64,000 nt of DNA from a virus (IMGVR_UViG_2934807906_000003:1944-65943), one strand, 5' to 3'. Shown: positions 18,457 through 28,348, counted from the first letter of the stretch. A program made the numbers and translations. The notes: generated from the letters alone by a model not told the origin.

Positions 18457-18744
18457 CTTTCCCACCGGCTCACCGGCGGCCTCACCGGCGTCGTTGACGA
18501 ACTCGCCGACCTCGTCATTGGACGGGTCGAGGTCGAGGTAGAGGTCGTAGGAGTCCGGGCTGAGGATCCGGTCCATGAACGCGTCGATATCTCCGCTGCG
18601 GAGCATGCGCATGGTGCTCTGCTTCCATGCACCGGAGGGCACGACCTCCAGCGTCTTGCCGCACAGCTCGGCGGTGACGTAGTGGCCGGAGGCCTCGATC
18701 TCCTGGGCCTCGGCGGGGGTGACTTCGGGGTCGGTTTCGGTCAT
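18412..18744 (-). CDS. Tail assembly chaperone
   Basis: Between major tail and tape measure genes; slippery GGGAAAG at 18457-18463. Confidence 0.85.
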   Translation of the reverse strand: MTETDPEVTPAEAQEIEASGHYVTAELCGKTLEVVPSGAWKQSTMRMLRSGDIDAFMDRILSPDSYDLYLDLDPSNDEVGEFVNDAGEAAGEPVGKSSGPNRSQRRTQKR

Positions 18745-18836
18745 GGCGCGGTCCTTTCACAGGGGGCGCGGTCGGGGGTTCATGAAGCGGACAGGCCGGG
18801 ACCGCGCCAGGTATCGGCCTGTCCGCCGCTAGGGGG

Positions 18837-19421
18837 TCAGGACCCGGTGTAGGCGGGCGTGACGGGAACGATGTCGGCGTGGTAGACCGTGTTCCCGGCG
18901 GCGTCGGGGTAGGCGGTGATGGTCCACTCGAAGCCGGCCATCTGGTCCTGCTTGTGGGTGACGTCGCTGCGGTCGCTGATCTCGCCCTGGGGGACGTAGA
19001 AGCCGCGGGCCGTGTCACCGTCGAAGATCGCGAACCAGAATGCACGCCGGTCCGGAGTAGGTGATGCGGTCTCCGCGAACGAGGTCAGGCTGCCGACGGG
19101 CGTGAGGTTGGCGATCGGGATCCGGTACTGCAGCGACTGGACGGTGGTCCGGCTGGTCTCCCACGCCGTGAGCTTGAACGTCCTCAGCGACTTGGTGATC
19201 TGGGTACGGATCGGGGAGGTCAGACCCCACGGAGTGAACTCCTGGCTGTCCTCGTCGAATCCCTGCACGAGGCCGTCGTCGGAGATGCAGCCCAGAGGCT
19301 TCCACGCCGCGGCGGGCTGGGTCAGCGGGGTTGCAGGAGCGGCAGTGCCGACGTCCGCGACCCAGCCGCCGCCGTTGGCGCCGATCTGAGTGAGGTCCGC
19401 GGCGCGGGTGATGTTGACCAT
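18837..19421 (-). CDS. Major tail protein
   Basis: LGCISDDG, FTPWG, FEWTITAYPD motifs of actinophage tail tubes. Confidence 0.9.
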   Translation of the reverse strand: MVNITRAADLTQIGANGGGWVADVGTAAPATPLTQPAAAWKPLGCISDDGLVQGFDEDSQEFTPWGLTSPIRTQITKSLRTFKLTAWETSRTTVQSLQYRIPIANLTPVGSLTSFAETASPTPDRRAFWFAIFDGDTARGFYVPQGEISDRSDVTHKQDQMAGFEWTITAYPDAAGNTVYHADIVPVTPAYTGS

Positions 19422-19496
19422 GAAGGGTCTCCTACATGCGAAGACCCCGCCTGCGGACGGGGTCGGGACAGGGGCCGGCGCGGTCCCGTCAACCGG

Positions 19497-19898
19497 TCAG
19501 GAGGCCGGGTGACTGTACAGCTCGTAGGTCGCGCCGATGCGGCGCAGCCCGACGTTCTCGTAAGGGCGGGGGCCGGGCGCTGAGACGGTTCTGACGCGCC
19601 CCACAACGGCGCCACCAGTGGTGGAGCCGGGCAGCTGGGTGAGGAGCAAGCCGCGGATCTGCAAGGCCAGCGCGATGGCGCTTCCCCGAGTCGCGGCGTA
19701 CACGTCGATGTCGACGAGGGCCCGGTCGAGCCGGAACCCGTCGTCATCTCCGGCTGGTATGCGCTCGACCTGCACGGTCGGCAGTTCGTCGAGGAGGTTG
19801 TTGTCGAGCTCGTCCCGGACGACGATTCCGCTGCCGAGTTGCGCCTGGAGCCACTGGATGAGGAGGAGTTCGACGTCGACCGATCCGACGGCAGCCAT
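19497..19898 (-). CDS. Tail terminator
   Basis: DVELLLIQWL, VDIDVYA; position upstream of the major tail gene. Confidence 0.8.
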   Translation of the reverse strand: MAAVGSVDVELLLIQWLQAQLGSGIVVRDELDNNLLDELPTVQVERIPAGDDDGFRLDRALVDIDVYAATRGSAIALALQIRGLLLTQLPGSTTGGAVVGRVRTVSAPGPRPYENVGLRRIGATYELYSHPAS

Positions 19899-20230
19899 CA
19901 GCCGCCCCCTGCCTGTGCCGCCCGGAGTAGCACGTGGTGGGCGTAGACGTGCTCGGTGCCGTACTCAACCCAGCGGGCCCAGTAGGAGGTGTTTCTGACG
20001 ACGCCGACGGGCCGCTTCTTCTGTGACCGCCCCACCGCCTTGCGTTCCACCTTGACGGTCCACGAAGCCTTGTACTCGCCGGGGTGCGGGTCGCCGTTCT
20101 CGCCGACCGGCGAGGTGGCGACTGCGACATCCCTGATGAGTTCCGCGCGGCGCAGCATCTCCGCAGTGATCATCGGCGAGTTGAGAAGCTGGCCCACGCC
20201 TCGGGTGGACATTTTGAACTTGGCGGCCAT
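19898..20230 (-). CDS. HK97 gp10-like neck protein
   Basis: SPV, GEYKASW, WVEYGT, HHVLLRA. Confidence 0.8.
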   Translation of the reverse strand: MAAKFKMSTRGVGQLLNSPMITAEMLRRAELIRDVAVATSPVGENGDPHPGEYKASWTVKVERKAVGRSQKKRPVGVVRNTSYWARWVEYGTEHVYAHHVLLRAAQAGGG

Positions 20231-20258
20231 AGCCTCGCCTCCTCACTCAGGGGGTTGC

Positions 20259-20588
20259 ATGGACGTCAAGGGCGTGCTCGGGCAGATCAGTTTCGACGGC
20301 GAGTGGATCACCATCACGAAGACGCCCATCGGCCCGAAGCCAGCGCCCATCAGGATCCGGGCCACAGATGTCATGGCCAGTCGGTACAAGGCTGGCAGCC
20401 GCCTCTTTCACGGCTATGTGCAGTTCGTGCTGCCCGGCAGCGGTCCGGCCCCAGAGCAGGCGGCTGGGTCGGGCAGTGGCGGCCGGCCGCCCTACGAGGA
20501 TCCGTACAGCCTGTCCATTCCACGGAAGAGTAACGATGCCGCGGTGAAGCTGATCGCGGCCGTTGAGCAGGCCCGCCCTAGCCTGTGA
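20259..20588 (+). CDS. DUF4429-like (PH-fold) protein, antisense to the structural operon
   Basis: MDVKGVLGQISFDGEWITI...GYVQFVLPG...DPYSL; fills the gap between two minus-strand neck genes. Confidence 0.75.
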   Translation: MDVKGVLGQISFDGEWITITKTPIGPKPAPIRIRATDVMASRYKAGSRLFHGYVQFVLPGSGPAPEQAAGSGSGGRPPYEDPYSLSIPRKSNDAAVKLIAAVEQARPSL

Positions 20589-20940
20589 CTCGGTCCGCGG
20601 CGAACTGGACGAGGCCAGCCAGGCCCGTGAAGGGGCTTCGGCCCCAGTTGCCGGGCTCGCCGGTGATCTCGCAGACCTCACCGCGTATCCGGACCTGATC
20701 CGTGGTCTTCCAGTCCGATCCGGACGGGGCGTAGATGGTATAGCCGACGATGACCGTGTCTCTGGCCTGCTGCTGGTCGCCGCCCACCTGGGGAGTCTCC
20801 GCCCTGGGTGCGACCACGCAGCCCTTGACCGGCGTCTCCGTCAGCACCCCCGGGATCGGCTGCCCGCGCGAATCACGGCCGGGTGAGGCACCGCGGCGAA
20901 GGCGGACCACGGTCTCCCCGTAGGGGTACGGGGCGGGCAC
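20578..20940 (-). CDS. Head-to-tail stopper
   Basis: GETVVRLR, YTIYAP, DQVRIRG, WGRSPFTG, RVTG. Confidence 0.8.
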   Translation of the reverse strand: MPAPYPYGETVVRLRRGASPGRDSRGQPIPGVLTETPVKGCVVAPRAETPQVGGDQQQARDTVIVGYTIYAPSGSDWKTTDQVRIRGEVCEITGEPGNWGRSPFTGLAGLVQFAADRVTG

Positions 20941-21359
20941 TACACCCACCCCCAGCCGGGCTCGTAGGTCAGCCCCGGCCCGTAGCTGTCGTCGACAGGC
21001 CACGTCGGCGACGGGTCGGCCGTCTCCGGCGTCGGGTCGACCGTGAACGCGCCGCCACGTCCGGCCAGCGACTTCAGGGCCGCCTTGTCGGCCTTGGTCA
21101 GGTACAGGCCGCCGCTGCCCGTCGGGCGCTGGACCGACATCGGGCCGATGGTCTCGTAGGACACCTGCTGAGGGTTGACGTAGGCGCGGCCAGCCACGGA
21201 CAGGACGACCGCGGTGGCCTCGTCAGGCAGCGGCTTGACCACCGATTGGCCGAGCGCGACAGCCTGCTCGATCAGCAAGTCGGCCCGGTCGCCGTCGATC
21301 TCAGGCAGGCCCAGGTACAGCCCCAGCTGTTCGGCCGTCGGAGGAACGAAGGTCATCAC
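20940..21359 (-). CDS. Head-to-tail adaptor
   Basis: RAYVNP, ETIGP, GLYLTKAD, GAFTVD. Confidence 0.85.
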   Translation of the reverse strand: MMTFVPPTAEQLGLYLGLPEIDGDRADLLIEQAVALGQSVVKPLPDEATAVVLSVAGRAYVNPQQVSYETIGPMSVQRPTGSGGLYLTKADKAALKSLAGRGGAFTVDPTPETADPSPTWPVDDSYGPGLTYEPGWGWV

Positions 21360-21365
21360 GCCCCC

Positions 21366-22379
21366 TTAGGCCAGTGCCTCCACGGCGTCGCACCAAGTGG
21401 TGAGGTCCGTCGCCGGTTCGAGTTCCGCAGACCGCGCCTTGGACCTCTTCGACACCAGGCCGTACTCGGTCCGGGAGGTAAGGAGCTTGCGGATGGCCAT
21501 CTCGTAGCCGTCCACGTCGTGCAGGTCGATGAACACCCCGGCCTCGCCGAGGCTCTCGCACAGCCCCGGGGTGGGGTGGGCTATCACGGGGATGCCCGAG
21601 GCCATGGCTTCGACTCCGGCGCGCCCCCATGATTCGTAGGACGACGGCATCAGCAGGATCTTCGTCCGGCCGTACACCGCGTCCCTCATCTCGTGGCCGC
21701 ACATGTGGTCGATGACCTCGACGTTCGGCAGGTCGGGAACAATCTGCTCGCCGTAGGCGCCGACGACCGCGAGGAACTGGACGTCGGGCATGCGGCGGGC
21801 GAGCTTCTCGAAGAGCCGGCCGCCCTTCTCCTCGTTCAGGTTGACCAGGGTCACCTTCCTGCCGGGCTTCGTCCTGTACTCGTCGGCGAAGACCGGCGGG
21901 CGGACGATGACGTCTCGTCCGGGCCGGACCGCCTTGGGGTACTCAGCGAAGAAGAGCTCCGCTTCGCGCTTCATCCAGTGCGAGTTGTAGACGGCGAGCT
22001 CCGCGCCCTGCGCCATCTCGCGGAAGGACTGGAGGTGGGTGTTGTGGCAGATGACGGCCAGCGGCTTGCCGTAGCCGCGGGCCAGGGCGCCGGCGCTCGG
22101 CACGTTCTCCAGGTGCGAGACCACAACGTCGCACTGGCGGATCGCTGATCCCGCGTCGAGGCGGGACTGCAGCGGAACCACCTTGACGCCGTCCAGCTCG
22201 TAGTCGGCGCTGTCCGCGGTGTACCGGGACAGCCAGACCGATACGTCGTGCCCTCGCTCGACGAGGGCCCGCAGCATGGAATGGGCCATCCACTCGGCTC
22301 CGGCATTGTGGCGCGGCGGGTAGCCGTGCAGCCGGGCGACGATCCGCATCGGCGCCCGGCCACCCTCCACGCCCGGCAT
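21366..22379 (-). CDS. Glycosyltransferase family 4 (GT-B)
   Basis: YPP..NAGAE, RGHDVSV, EKGG, PSSYESWGRAGVEAMASGIPVI; start overlaps the capsid stop (TGATG). Confidence 0.9.
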   Translation of the reverse strand: MPGVEGGRAPMRIVARLHGYPPRHNAGAEWMAHSMLRALVERGHDVSVWLSRYTADSADYELDGVKVVPLQSRLDAGSAIRQCDVVVSHLENVPSAGALARGYGKPLAVICHNTHLQSFREMAQGAELAVYNSHWMKREAELFFAEYPKAVRPGRDVIVRPPVFADEYRTKPGRKVTLVNLNEEKGGRLFEKLARRMPDVQFLAVVGAYGEQIVPDLPNVEVIDHMCGHEMRDAVYGRTKILLMPSSYESWGRAGVEAMASGIPVIAHPTPGLCESLGEAGVFIDLHDVDGYEMAIRKLLTSRTEYGLVSKRSKARSAELEPATDLTTWCDAVEALA

Positions 22380-23335
22380 CAGGACGAGCCGCCCGCGGCC
22401 AGGTACTTCACGAAGGCCTCGACATCGCCGAGGACGAAGCCGTAGTAGGCCTCCGCGAGCAGCAGCACGAGGTTCTCCTGGAACGCGGAGTGGACGCCGC
22501 CGTCCTCGTCGATGTACGTCGCCTCGCGGCTGATCTTGACGGTGATGTCCATGCCGACGCCGTATGCGGCCTGGGACCAGTCGCCGCCGATGCCTCGCAG
22601 GCCGGTGTCGACGGTGCTCGACTGGCGGCGCAGCTTGCCGGAGACGGCCCGGGAGTAGGCGACGGGTTCGCCGACGAGGGTGCCCGCGAGCGCGGCGCCG
22701 GTCCCGGGGACGGTGGTGTCGACGAAGATGGGGCGGCCGGTGGTGTCGGTCGCGCCGAGCAGGGACGGCTTCATCCGGTGGTCCAGGACCGAGCCGGTGT
22801 AGTCCCAGTCGTCGTCGATGACCTCCTTCATGCCGTTGACGATGTCCTTGTAGATACCGCCCGTGGCCTGGGAGGCCGTGCCGATGGTGACCGACTTGGT
22901 GGTCGCGGCCAGGTAGTCGGCGAAGGGGCCGGTGGCGCCCTTCATGGTCTTGCCGTGGACGGTCGCGCGGTCGAAGGCGCGGGCGAACGCGGTCGGCAGG
23001 TCCTGCTGGAGCTGGGTCCACAGGCCGGCCGCGTTGCTGTCCGCGACCTCCATCGCGACGGGGATGAGGACGGCGATCTTCTTGCCGGTCATCTGCTTGA
23101 TGCTGACTCCGCCGGACGACAGCGGCTTGCGGCCGGCCTGCTCGACCCAGTCGGCCGTGGGCACGTCCAGCGGCACCGGAACCGCGGTGTTGGCCGTCAT
23201 GGCGAGCGGGACGCGCTTGGCCAGCGACATGACCGCGGACTGTTCGACGGACTTCGCGAAGATCGGTCCGACGAGGGTCTTCGGCAGGAAGGTGCTGTCG
23301 ACGTCCGACAGCTTGATCGGATTGGTGTGTGCCAT
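22379..23335 (-). CDS. Major capsid protein (HK97 fold)
   Basis: ADWVEQ, KKIAVLIPV, DTTGRPIF, GDWSQ, FQENLV. Confidence 0.93.
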   Translation of the reverse strand: MAHTNPIKLSDVDSTFLPKTLVGPIFAKSVEQSAVMSLAKRVPLAMTANTAVPVPLDVPTADWVEQAGRKPLSSGGVSIKQMTGKKIAVLIPVAMEVADSNAAGLWTQLQQDLPTAFARAFDRATVHGKTMKGATGPFADYLAATTKSVTIGTASQATGGIYKDIVNGMKEVIDDDWDYTGSVLDHRMKPSLLGATDTTGRPIFVDTTVPGTGAALAGTLVGEPVAYSRAVSGKLRRQSSTVDTGLRGIGGDWSQAAYGVGMDITVKISREATYIDEDGGVHSAFQENLVLLLAEAYYGFVLGDVEAFVKYLAAGGSS

Positions 23336-23350
23336 CTTGGGCTACCTCTC

Positions 23351-23938
23351 TCAGCGGCCCTTGAGGGCCCTTTGCATGAACCCGGCGAACTCGTCGCCGG
23401 GGCTGGTGGGGGTACGTGCGCCGTTGCCTGAGGAGCCCTGGGTACGGTCGGGAGCGGGACGGCGGGGGCCGCTGTCGTCGGGCAGGGCCCAGTGCGGCTT
23501 GCGCTTCAGCAGCTCGCTGAGGTCGGCCCGGATCTGGTCGGTGTCGATGACGCCGTCCGCATCCACGTAGGCGGTGAGGTCAAGCGCCCCGACCGCGTCC
23601 TCGGGATCCGCGAACTGCTTGGCTGCCAGCGCCTCCACCTTCGAGGCCACCGCAGCGCGCACCGCCTTCTCAGCGCGCTCGCGCTGTGCGGTGAGCTGCT
23701 CGCCGAGCCGTTCAGCCTCCGTCTTCTGCGCGTCCTCGAGCTCTTTCGCCTTCGCGGCGAGGGGCTCCAGCTCGCGCAGCCGCTTACGCAGGTTCTCCGC
23801 CTCGGAGTTCTTCTTCCGCAGCGCGGCCTCGGCCCGCTTACGGTCGAAGGGCTCCTCTTCGGAGGTGTCCGCCTCCGGGGCGGCTTCGGTCTCCTGCTGC
23901 TGCTCTTCGACCTGCTCGGTCTGGGTCTCTTCAGGCAT
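23351..23938 (-). CDS. Capsid scaffolding protein
   Basis: Acidic N-terminus, LEDAQKTEAERL, FADPEDA, PDRTQG. Confidence 0.85.
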   Translation of the reverse strand: MPEETQTEQVEEQQQETEAAPEADTSEEEPFDRKRAEAALRKKNSEAENLRKRLRELEPLAAKAKELEDAQKTEAERLGEQLTAQRERAEKAVRAAVASKVEALAAKQFADPEDAVGALDLTAYVDADGVIDTDQIRADLSELLKRKPHWALPDDSGPRRPAPDRTQGSSGNGARTPTSPGDEFAGFMQRALKGR

Positions 23939-23991
23939 GGTGAAACGGCCCTCCAGGGGCTGAGAAAGGCCACCTCCAGGGCAGCCAGGGA

Positions 23992-24762
23992 TTACAGGAC
24001 GGGCAGGTGCCCGTTGTCGGCGAGAGCGCGCCGGAACCGGCGCAGCTGATCACCTGGATATGGCGCGGCGTAGTCGCGGTAGATCCGCTCCCACTCGCGC
24101 GCGTGGTCGGACAGCTCGAACCGCTGCCCCTTGAACACCGGAACCACGCCGCAATGACAGCCGTCGTGGGACCGGAAGCCGGCGGTGTCCTGCTTGTAGA
24201 CAGCCCCGCGGGATGCGAGCAGCTTGCAGAACGCGCAGGCGCCCAGAGCCGCCGAACGAGCCCAGGCGGTGGCCTGCCGGTCCTGGCGGACCGCCTCCTG
24301 CACGGTGCCGCGACCCTGGTCGGTCACCAGCTTCTGCGCGACCGCCTCGGCCTTCTTCTCCGCTTGGTCGAGCCGCACTTCGAGCGGTTCCCTCTGGGCC
24401 GGGGTCGTAGCCGGATCCTCGGGATCACGTTCCCAGACGTCTTTGGTCGCCCAGCGCAGACTGGAGTCGACCTGCGCATCCGGCGGGGGGTCCAGGAGCG
24501 GAACGGTGAACCTTCCGGTCACGCGGGCCGCGACCCGTTCTGCGTCGTAGTAGTCCGCGGCCAGGCTCGCCGACGCCGCGCCGTACTGGCCGACAAGGAT
24601 GCGCACTGCGGCCATCCAGTCGGGAACCGACTGGTCCAGCCGGGACGGGATGATCAGCCGCCGCAGTCCACGCATGTCCCGAACCAGCAATCGGGTCACC
24701 CCGACCTGCGCGGCCCTCAGCCGGCGTACCCCGTCGGCGTCATCCGAGACCGCTGTCGCCAC
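23992..24762 (-). CDS. MuF-like / capsid maturation protein
   Basis: LAADYYD, WAR..GACAFCKLLASRG.VY, HDGCHC.VVPV. Confidence 0.8.
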   Translation of the reverse strand: MATAVSDDADGVRRLRAAQVGVTRLLVRDMRGLRRLIIPSRLDQSVPDWMAAVRILVGQYGAASASLAADYYDAERVAARVTGRFTVPLLDPPPDAQVDSSLRWATKDVWERDPEDPATTPAQREPLEVRLDQAEKKAEAVAQKLVTDQGRGTVQEAVRQDRQATAWARSAALGACAFCKLLASRGAVYKQDTAGFRSHDGCHCGVVPVFKGQRFELSDHAREWERIYRDYAAPYPGDQLRRFRRALADNGHLPVL

Positions 24763-26188
24763 CGGACACCTCCGAGGCGGTCGGTACCGGAGTTTCGTTG
24801 CCCAGTTGCGTCAGCCGGTTGAGCAGCTCGCTCACCGCGGCACTACCGGCGGCCCGACGCCGCTCCACCGTTACCCGGCGTCGCTGGTCCTCGGACAGGC
24901 CGGCCATCTCGAGGGCGACGTCGGAGTCGGGCGGCAGGATGCCCGCCTGGACCATCTTCACCGCGGCATCAGTCTGGGCGGCGAGGGTGGGCGTTGCCGG
25001 ATTGCGCCAGACCGTCTCGATGCGCCGGGACTTCTCCGGCGGCTCTCCGTCACGGAACCACAGCGCCAGCCGCATCATGTCCCGGTACGTCGCGGAGAAG
25101 CGCCGGATCCGCCGCTCGGCCTTCTTGACCAGCATGGCCTCGCTTGAGCGGATCGCGTCCGCGCTTGCCGGGTTGTCACTGGTGTAGCCGAGCATGTGCG
25201 GCGGCAGCCCGAGCTGGGTCGCCATGATCCGCGCGTACAGGTCGATGATCTTCGTCTGTCCGGATGGATCGTGGGCCGTGAACGCGCCGACCGTCGGCAC
25301 GTTGCCGTCCTCGTCCCGCTCCAAGGCCAGCACGCGGCCGATGTACGTCTCCCAGGCGCTCTTCGCGTTGCCTTCTGCGTCCTGGAACGCGGACTCCGAC
25401 GCACCGAGGATGTAGCGCTGGGGCGCCCCGAAGAACTCCGCGGCGACCTCGATGCCCATCAGACGCCGGCAAGCCGCGTCGGTGATGGACATGACCTCGG
25501 GGGTGATCTCAGACTTGCCCACCCGGTCCGCGGTCCGCTGTCGGTTCGCCATCCGCAGCACCGGCACCATGCCGAGGTTGTGGATGTCCCGGTCGAGAAC
25601 CTCCCAGTCGCCATTTCCCTGAACCGCGTAGACGGTCTGATCCGGGAGGTAGAGCGTGACCAGCCGGTCGTCGGGGGCGAGTCCGTACTCGGGCGATCCT
25701 TGGCACTCGCGCAGCGCGTACAGCGGGATCCTGACACGCGCGTCCCAGTGCAGGGTCATGTCGAGCGGGGACTCGAAGCTGATGATCGGAGGCAGATCCT
25801 CGTCATCACCGGAGCCGACCGTCACGTACTCGCGTCCGTAGGTCAGGGCGTCAAGGTGGGCGAGGGACGCCTCGTCGAAGATGTCGTTAGCCTCGGCGAT
25901 CTCCGCCAGGTCAAAAGCATCTGAGCCGTCCGCCCAGCGGAACGCCTCCAGGTCCAGGCGCTGCTCAAGGGCCTCCACTCCGATCCTCGGCCAGCCGATC
26001 ACCGTGTGCAGGTTCTTCAGCTGCGGCGGGATCGAAATCCCGAGGTCCCGGATGACCTGCTCCCCATTGAAGTAGGCGTCCAGCAAGTCGAGCTGGTACC
26101 TCTGGGCTCCCAGATCGGCTCGCAGAAGGTTCAGGATGCCCTTCTCGTCCTCCGACAGGGCCAGCAGTGGAAGGTCGGGGGTCGTCAC
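24740..26188 (-). CDS. Portal protein (SPP1 gp6-like)
   Basis: AYFNGEQ, GWPRI.V, G.SEI, PQRYILG, NPASADAI, WRNP. Confidence 0.93.
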   Translation of the reverse strand: MTTPDLPLLALSEDEKGILNLLRADLGAQRYQLDLLDAYFNGEQVIRDLGISIPPQLKNLHTVIGWPRIGVEALEQRLDLEAFRWADGSDAFDLAEIAEANDIFDEASLAHLDALTYGREYVTVGSGDDEDLPPIISFESPLDMTLHWDARVRIPLYALRECQGSPEYGLAPDDRLVTLYLPDQTVYAVQGNGDWEVLDRDIHNLGMVPVLRMANRQRTADRVGKSEITPEVMSITDAACRRLMGIEVAAEFFGAPQRYILGASESAFQDAEGNAKSAWETYIGRVLALERDEDGNVPTVGAFTAHDPSGQTKIIDLYARIMATQLGLPPHMLGYTSDNPASADAIRSSEAMLVKKAERRIRRFSATYRDMMRLALWFRDGEPPEKSRRIETVWRNPATPTLAAQTDAAVKMVQAGILPPDSDVALEMAGLSEDQRRRVTVERRRAAGSAAVSELLNRLTQLGNETPVPTASEVSGGDSGLG

Positions 26189-27915
26189 CGCAGCACCACC
26201 ACCCGTCCCTTACCGCGCGCCGTCGAGCGCTTCGTCCAAGCAGCCGAGTTCATGACCATCCGGCGGAGCATCCGCGCGCCGATCGCGCACACCGCGAGGT
26301 CGACCTTGCGCGCCGACTCCCGATGCTCCTTGCCGACCGTGTAGCCCCAGGCGTTCGTCCTGCGACGTGCGTTCGCGATGTGCTGGCGCAGCACCTTGTG
26401 CCCGTCATGGGTCAGCTGACGCTCCAGGACGTCGCGGTAGAAGCGGTCCACGGCCTCCGTGAAGGTCTGCTGGCGCCGCCGGTCGCGCATGTCCCACATG
26501 ACGGCGTGCTGGCCGTGCCCGGAGGCGACCGCCTTCAGCTTGAGCCGCTTCCCGTACCGCTGGGCCCAGGCGTCGATGAAACCGTCCCAGTACCTCTCGC
26601 CGTCCGCCTCATCGAAGCCCGAGCCCGGGTCGGCGAAGAACGCGAGCGGCTTGTAGGTCGCAAAGGTCAGGTCCACAACGCCATCGACCTCCTCGCGCGG
26701 CACCCGCCACGGAACCCCGTCCGGCCAGTTCGCTGGCCGCTGCCAGACGCCCAGGGTGTGCAGGTGGCCGTCGGACAGGCGGCAAGCGACGAGGCCGGTC
26801 GCGTCGTCCGACTTGGAACCGTCGAAGAACATGACGATCTCGTCTCCGGCCTGCAGCTCAATGCCCTCGTGGGGGCAGGCGTTCCACTCGTAGGGCGCCA
26901 GGTAGGCGTCCTCGGAGGCCGTGATCTGGTTGAACCAGAACCGGCGACTGCGGGACGGCGGGTTGCGGACGTCAAGGATCGACGCCTTCAGCCGCTCGAT
27001 GTCCAGCCAGGTCGAATCCCCACGGACCGCTCGGAGAGTGGGCTCGATCCACTCCTCGGACAGCTTCGCCTCGGCCGGCGCCTCGAGGCTGTCGTAGAAA
27101 AGGCCGACGTCGGCAGCCCGGCCCGCTTCGGCGGACTCGAAAGCCTCGCGGGTCCGTTCGGCCACCGAGTCCTCGCCGGGTTCGTAGGCGTTGGTGTTCG
27201 CGAGCGTCCGGGACTGCCCGTCCGCCGACTTGGTGGCGTTGCGTTCGATCACGGCCGCCATCTCGTGGCCCTGGTTGGACTCCAGCCAGTGGTGGGTCTC
27301 TCCCAGGTTGACCGCGGTTGGCCGCCCGCCCTCCAATGCCCGCGGCGAGGAGGTGACCGCCTCAATGCGGGCCCGTCCCTTGTCGGCGTAGATGATCTCC
27401 TTGCCGAGGTCGATGCGGTACTCCTCGATCGCCCGCTTCGTCAGGATCGACGGGAAGAGCGTCATGGTGTTGCGCGTCTGGTCCTGCGACACCGCGGCGA
27501 TCTGCACCCACGCCGCGGGGTGTTGACGTCCGAGCGGTTGCCCCGGTGGAACACCCCATTCGTTGCCCTCGTCGGCGACCTGCCCGAACCTGCACGGGCC
27601 GACGAACTCGAACGCCGACCACGTTGCGATCAGCGGGTCCTTACCCCAGCCCTTCAGCCGTTGGATCACGCCGTCCCGCCACAGGAACCGGTTCGTCGCC
27701 GGGTCCATCGCGTACCACCACAGGGTCAGCCGGGCCTGCTCGGCGGTGTACCGCCACGGGGCACCGACGTAGTGCTGCAGGTAGGTGGCCGTCCAAGCCA
27801 GGGCCTGCCAGCCAAGTGTGTACTCGGGGAGCAGGAACTTGCCGTCAGGGCCACGCTTCCAGGTGGGGCCGATCGTGAAGGGCTCGACGACCTCGGGGAC
27901 GTTCTCGTCAACCAC
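26185..27915 (-). CDS. terL: Terminase large subunit
   Basis: RLKGWGKD Walker A, ETHHW, TNA, FDGSKSDDAT nuclease motif, KVDLAV. Confidence 0.95.
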   Translation of the reverse strand: MVDENVPEVVEPFTIGPTWKRGPDGKFLLPEYTLGWQALAWTATYLQHYVGAPWRYTAEQARLTLWWYAMDPATNRFLWRDGVIQRLKGWGKDPLIATWSAFEFVGPCRFGQVADEGNEWGVPPGQPLGRQHPAAWVQIAAVSQDQTRNTMTLFPSILTKRAIEEYRIDLGKEIIYADKGRARIEAVTSSPRALEGGRPTAVNLGETHHWLESNQGHEMAAVIERNATKSADGQSRTLANTNAYEPGEDSVAERTREAFESAEAGRAADVGLFYDSLEAPAEAKLSEEWIEPTLRAVRGDSTWLDIERLKASILDVRNPPSRSRRFWFNQITASEDAYLAPYEWNACPHEGIELQAGDEIVMFFDGSKSDDATGLVACRLSDGHLHTLGVWQRPANWPDGVPWRVPREEVDGVVDLTFATYKPLAFFADPGSGFDEADGERYWDGFIDAWAQRYGKRLKLKAVASGHGQHAVMWDMRDRRRQQTFTEAVDRFYRDVLERQLTHDGHKVLRQHIANARRRTNAWGYTVGKEHRESARKVDLAVCAIGARMLRRMVMNSAAWTKRSTARGKGRVVVLR

Positions 27916-28348
27916 CGATCGAGGATCGGTAGTCGGCGATGGCCGTCACGCTGGCCGGCACTGCGGCAACCGTCTTCCTGCGCTCCAGCTCGATCCTGGC
28001 ACGGCGCCGGTCTCCCTCGGTCGTCAATAGTGACGACATCACGGAGTTGAGGGCGGCCACGTACTGGCCGTTCGGCGGGCGGTCGGACTGCAGCCCGCGG
28101 GACATGAGCTCCGCTGCGTATCGGGCCATTGCCCAATCCGACGGCTGATAGAAGGCGGCCTGTCCCGACTCGCGCAGGGACAGGTACCAGTCCGTGGCGA
28201 TCGGATGCCACATGGCGTCTGGCTTGGGCAGGTCGGGAAGGTCGGCCGGCGGACCGGACGGAGCCTTCACGATGGAGTCCTTCTCCTCCTTGGAGCGGTG
28301 CCCCATGCGCTCCTCGGAGCGCTTACCTATGGGTCCACGTGCACCCAT
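27908..28348 (-). CDS. terS: Terminase small subunit
   Basis: RGPIGKRSEER, WHPIA.DWY.SL..SGQ..FY..SDW, TEGDRRRARIEL. Confidence 0.9.
   Translation of the reverse strand: MGARGPIGKRSEERMGHRSKEEKDSIVKAPSGPPADLPDLPKPDAMWHPIATDWYLSLRESGQAAFYQPSDWAMARYAAELMSRGLQSDRPPNGQYVAALNSVMSSLLTTEGDRRRARIELERRKTVAAVPASVTAIADYRSSIGG

Noticed and set aside
21366-23021. 551-aa ORF, or a capsid-glycosyltransferase frameshift fusion
   Set aside because: The upstream 214 codons are Arg/Pro-rich off-frame capsid sequence, no slippery site was seen, and the TGATG overlap explains the GT start at 22379
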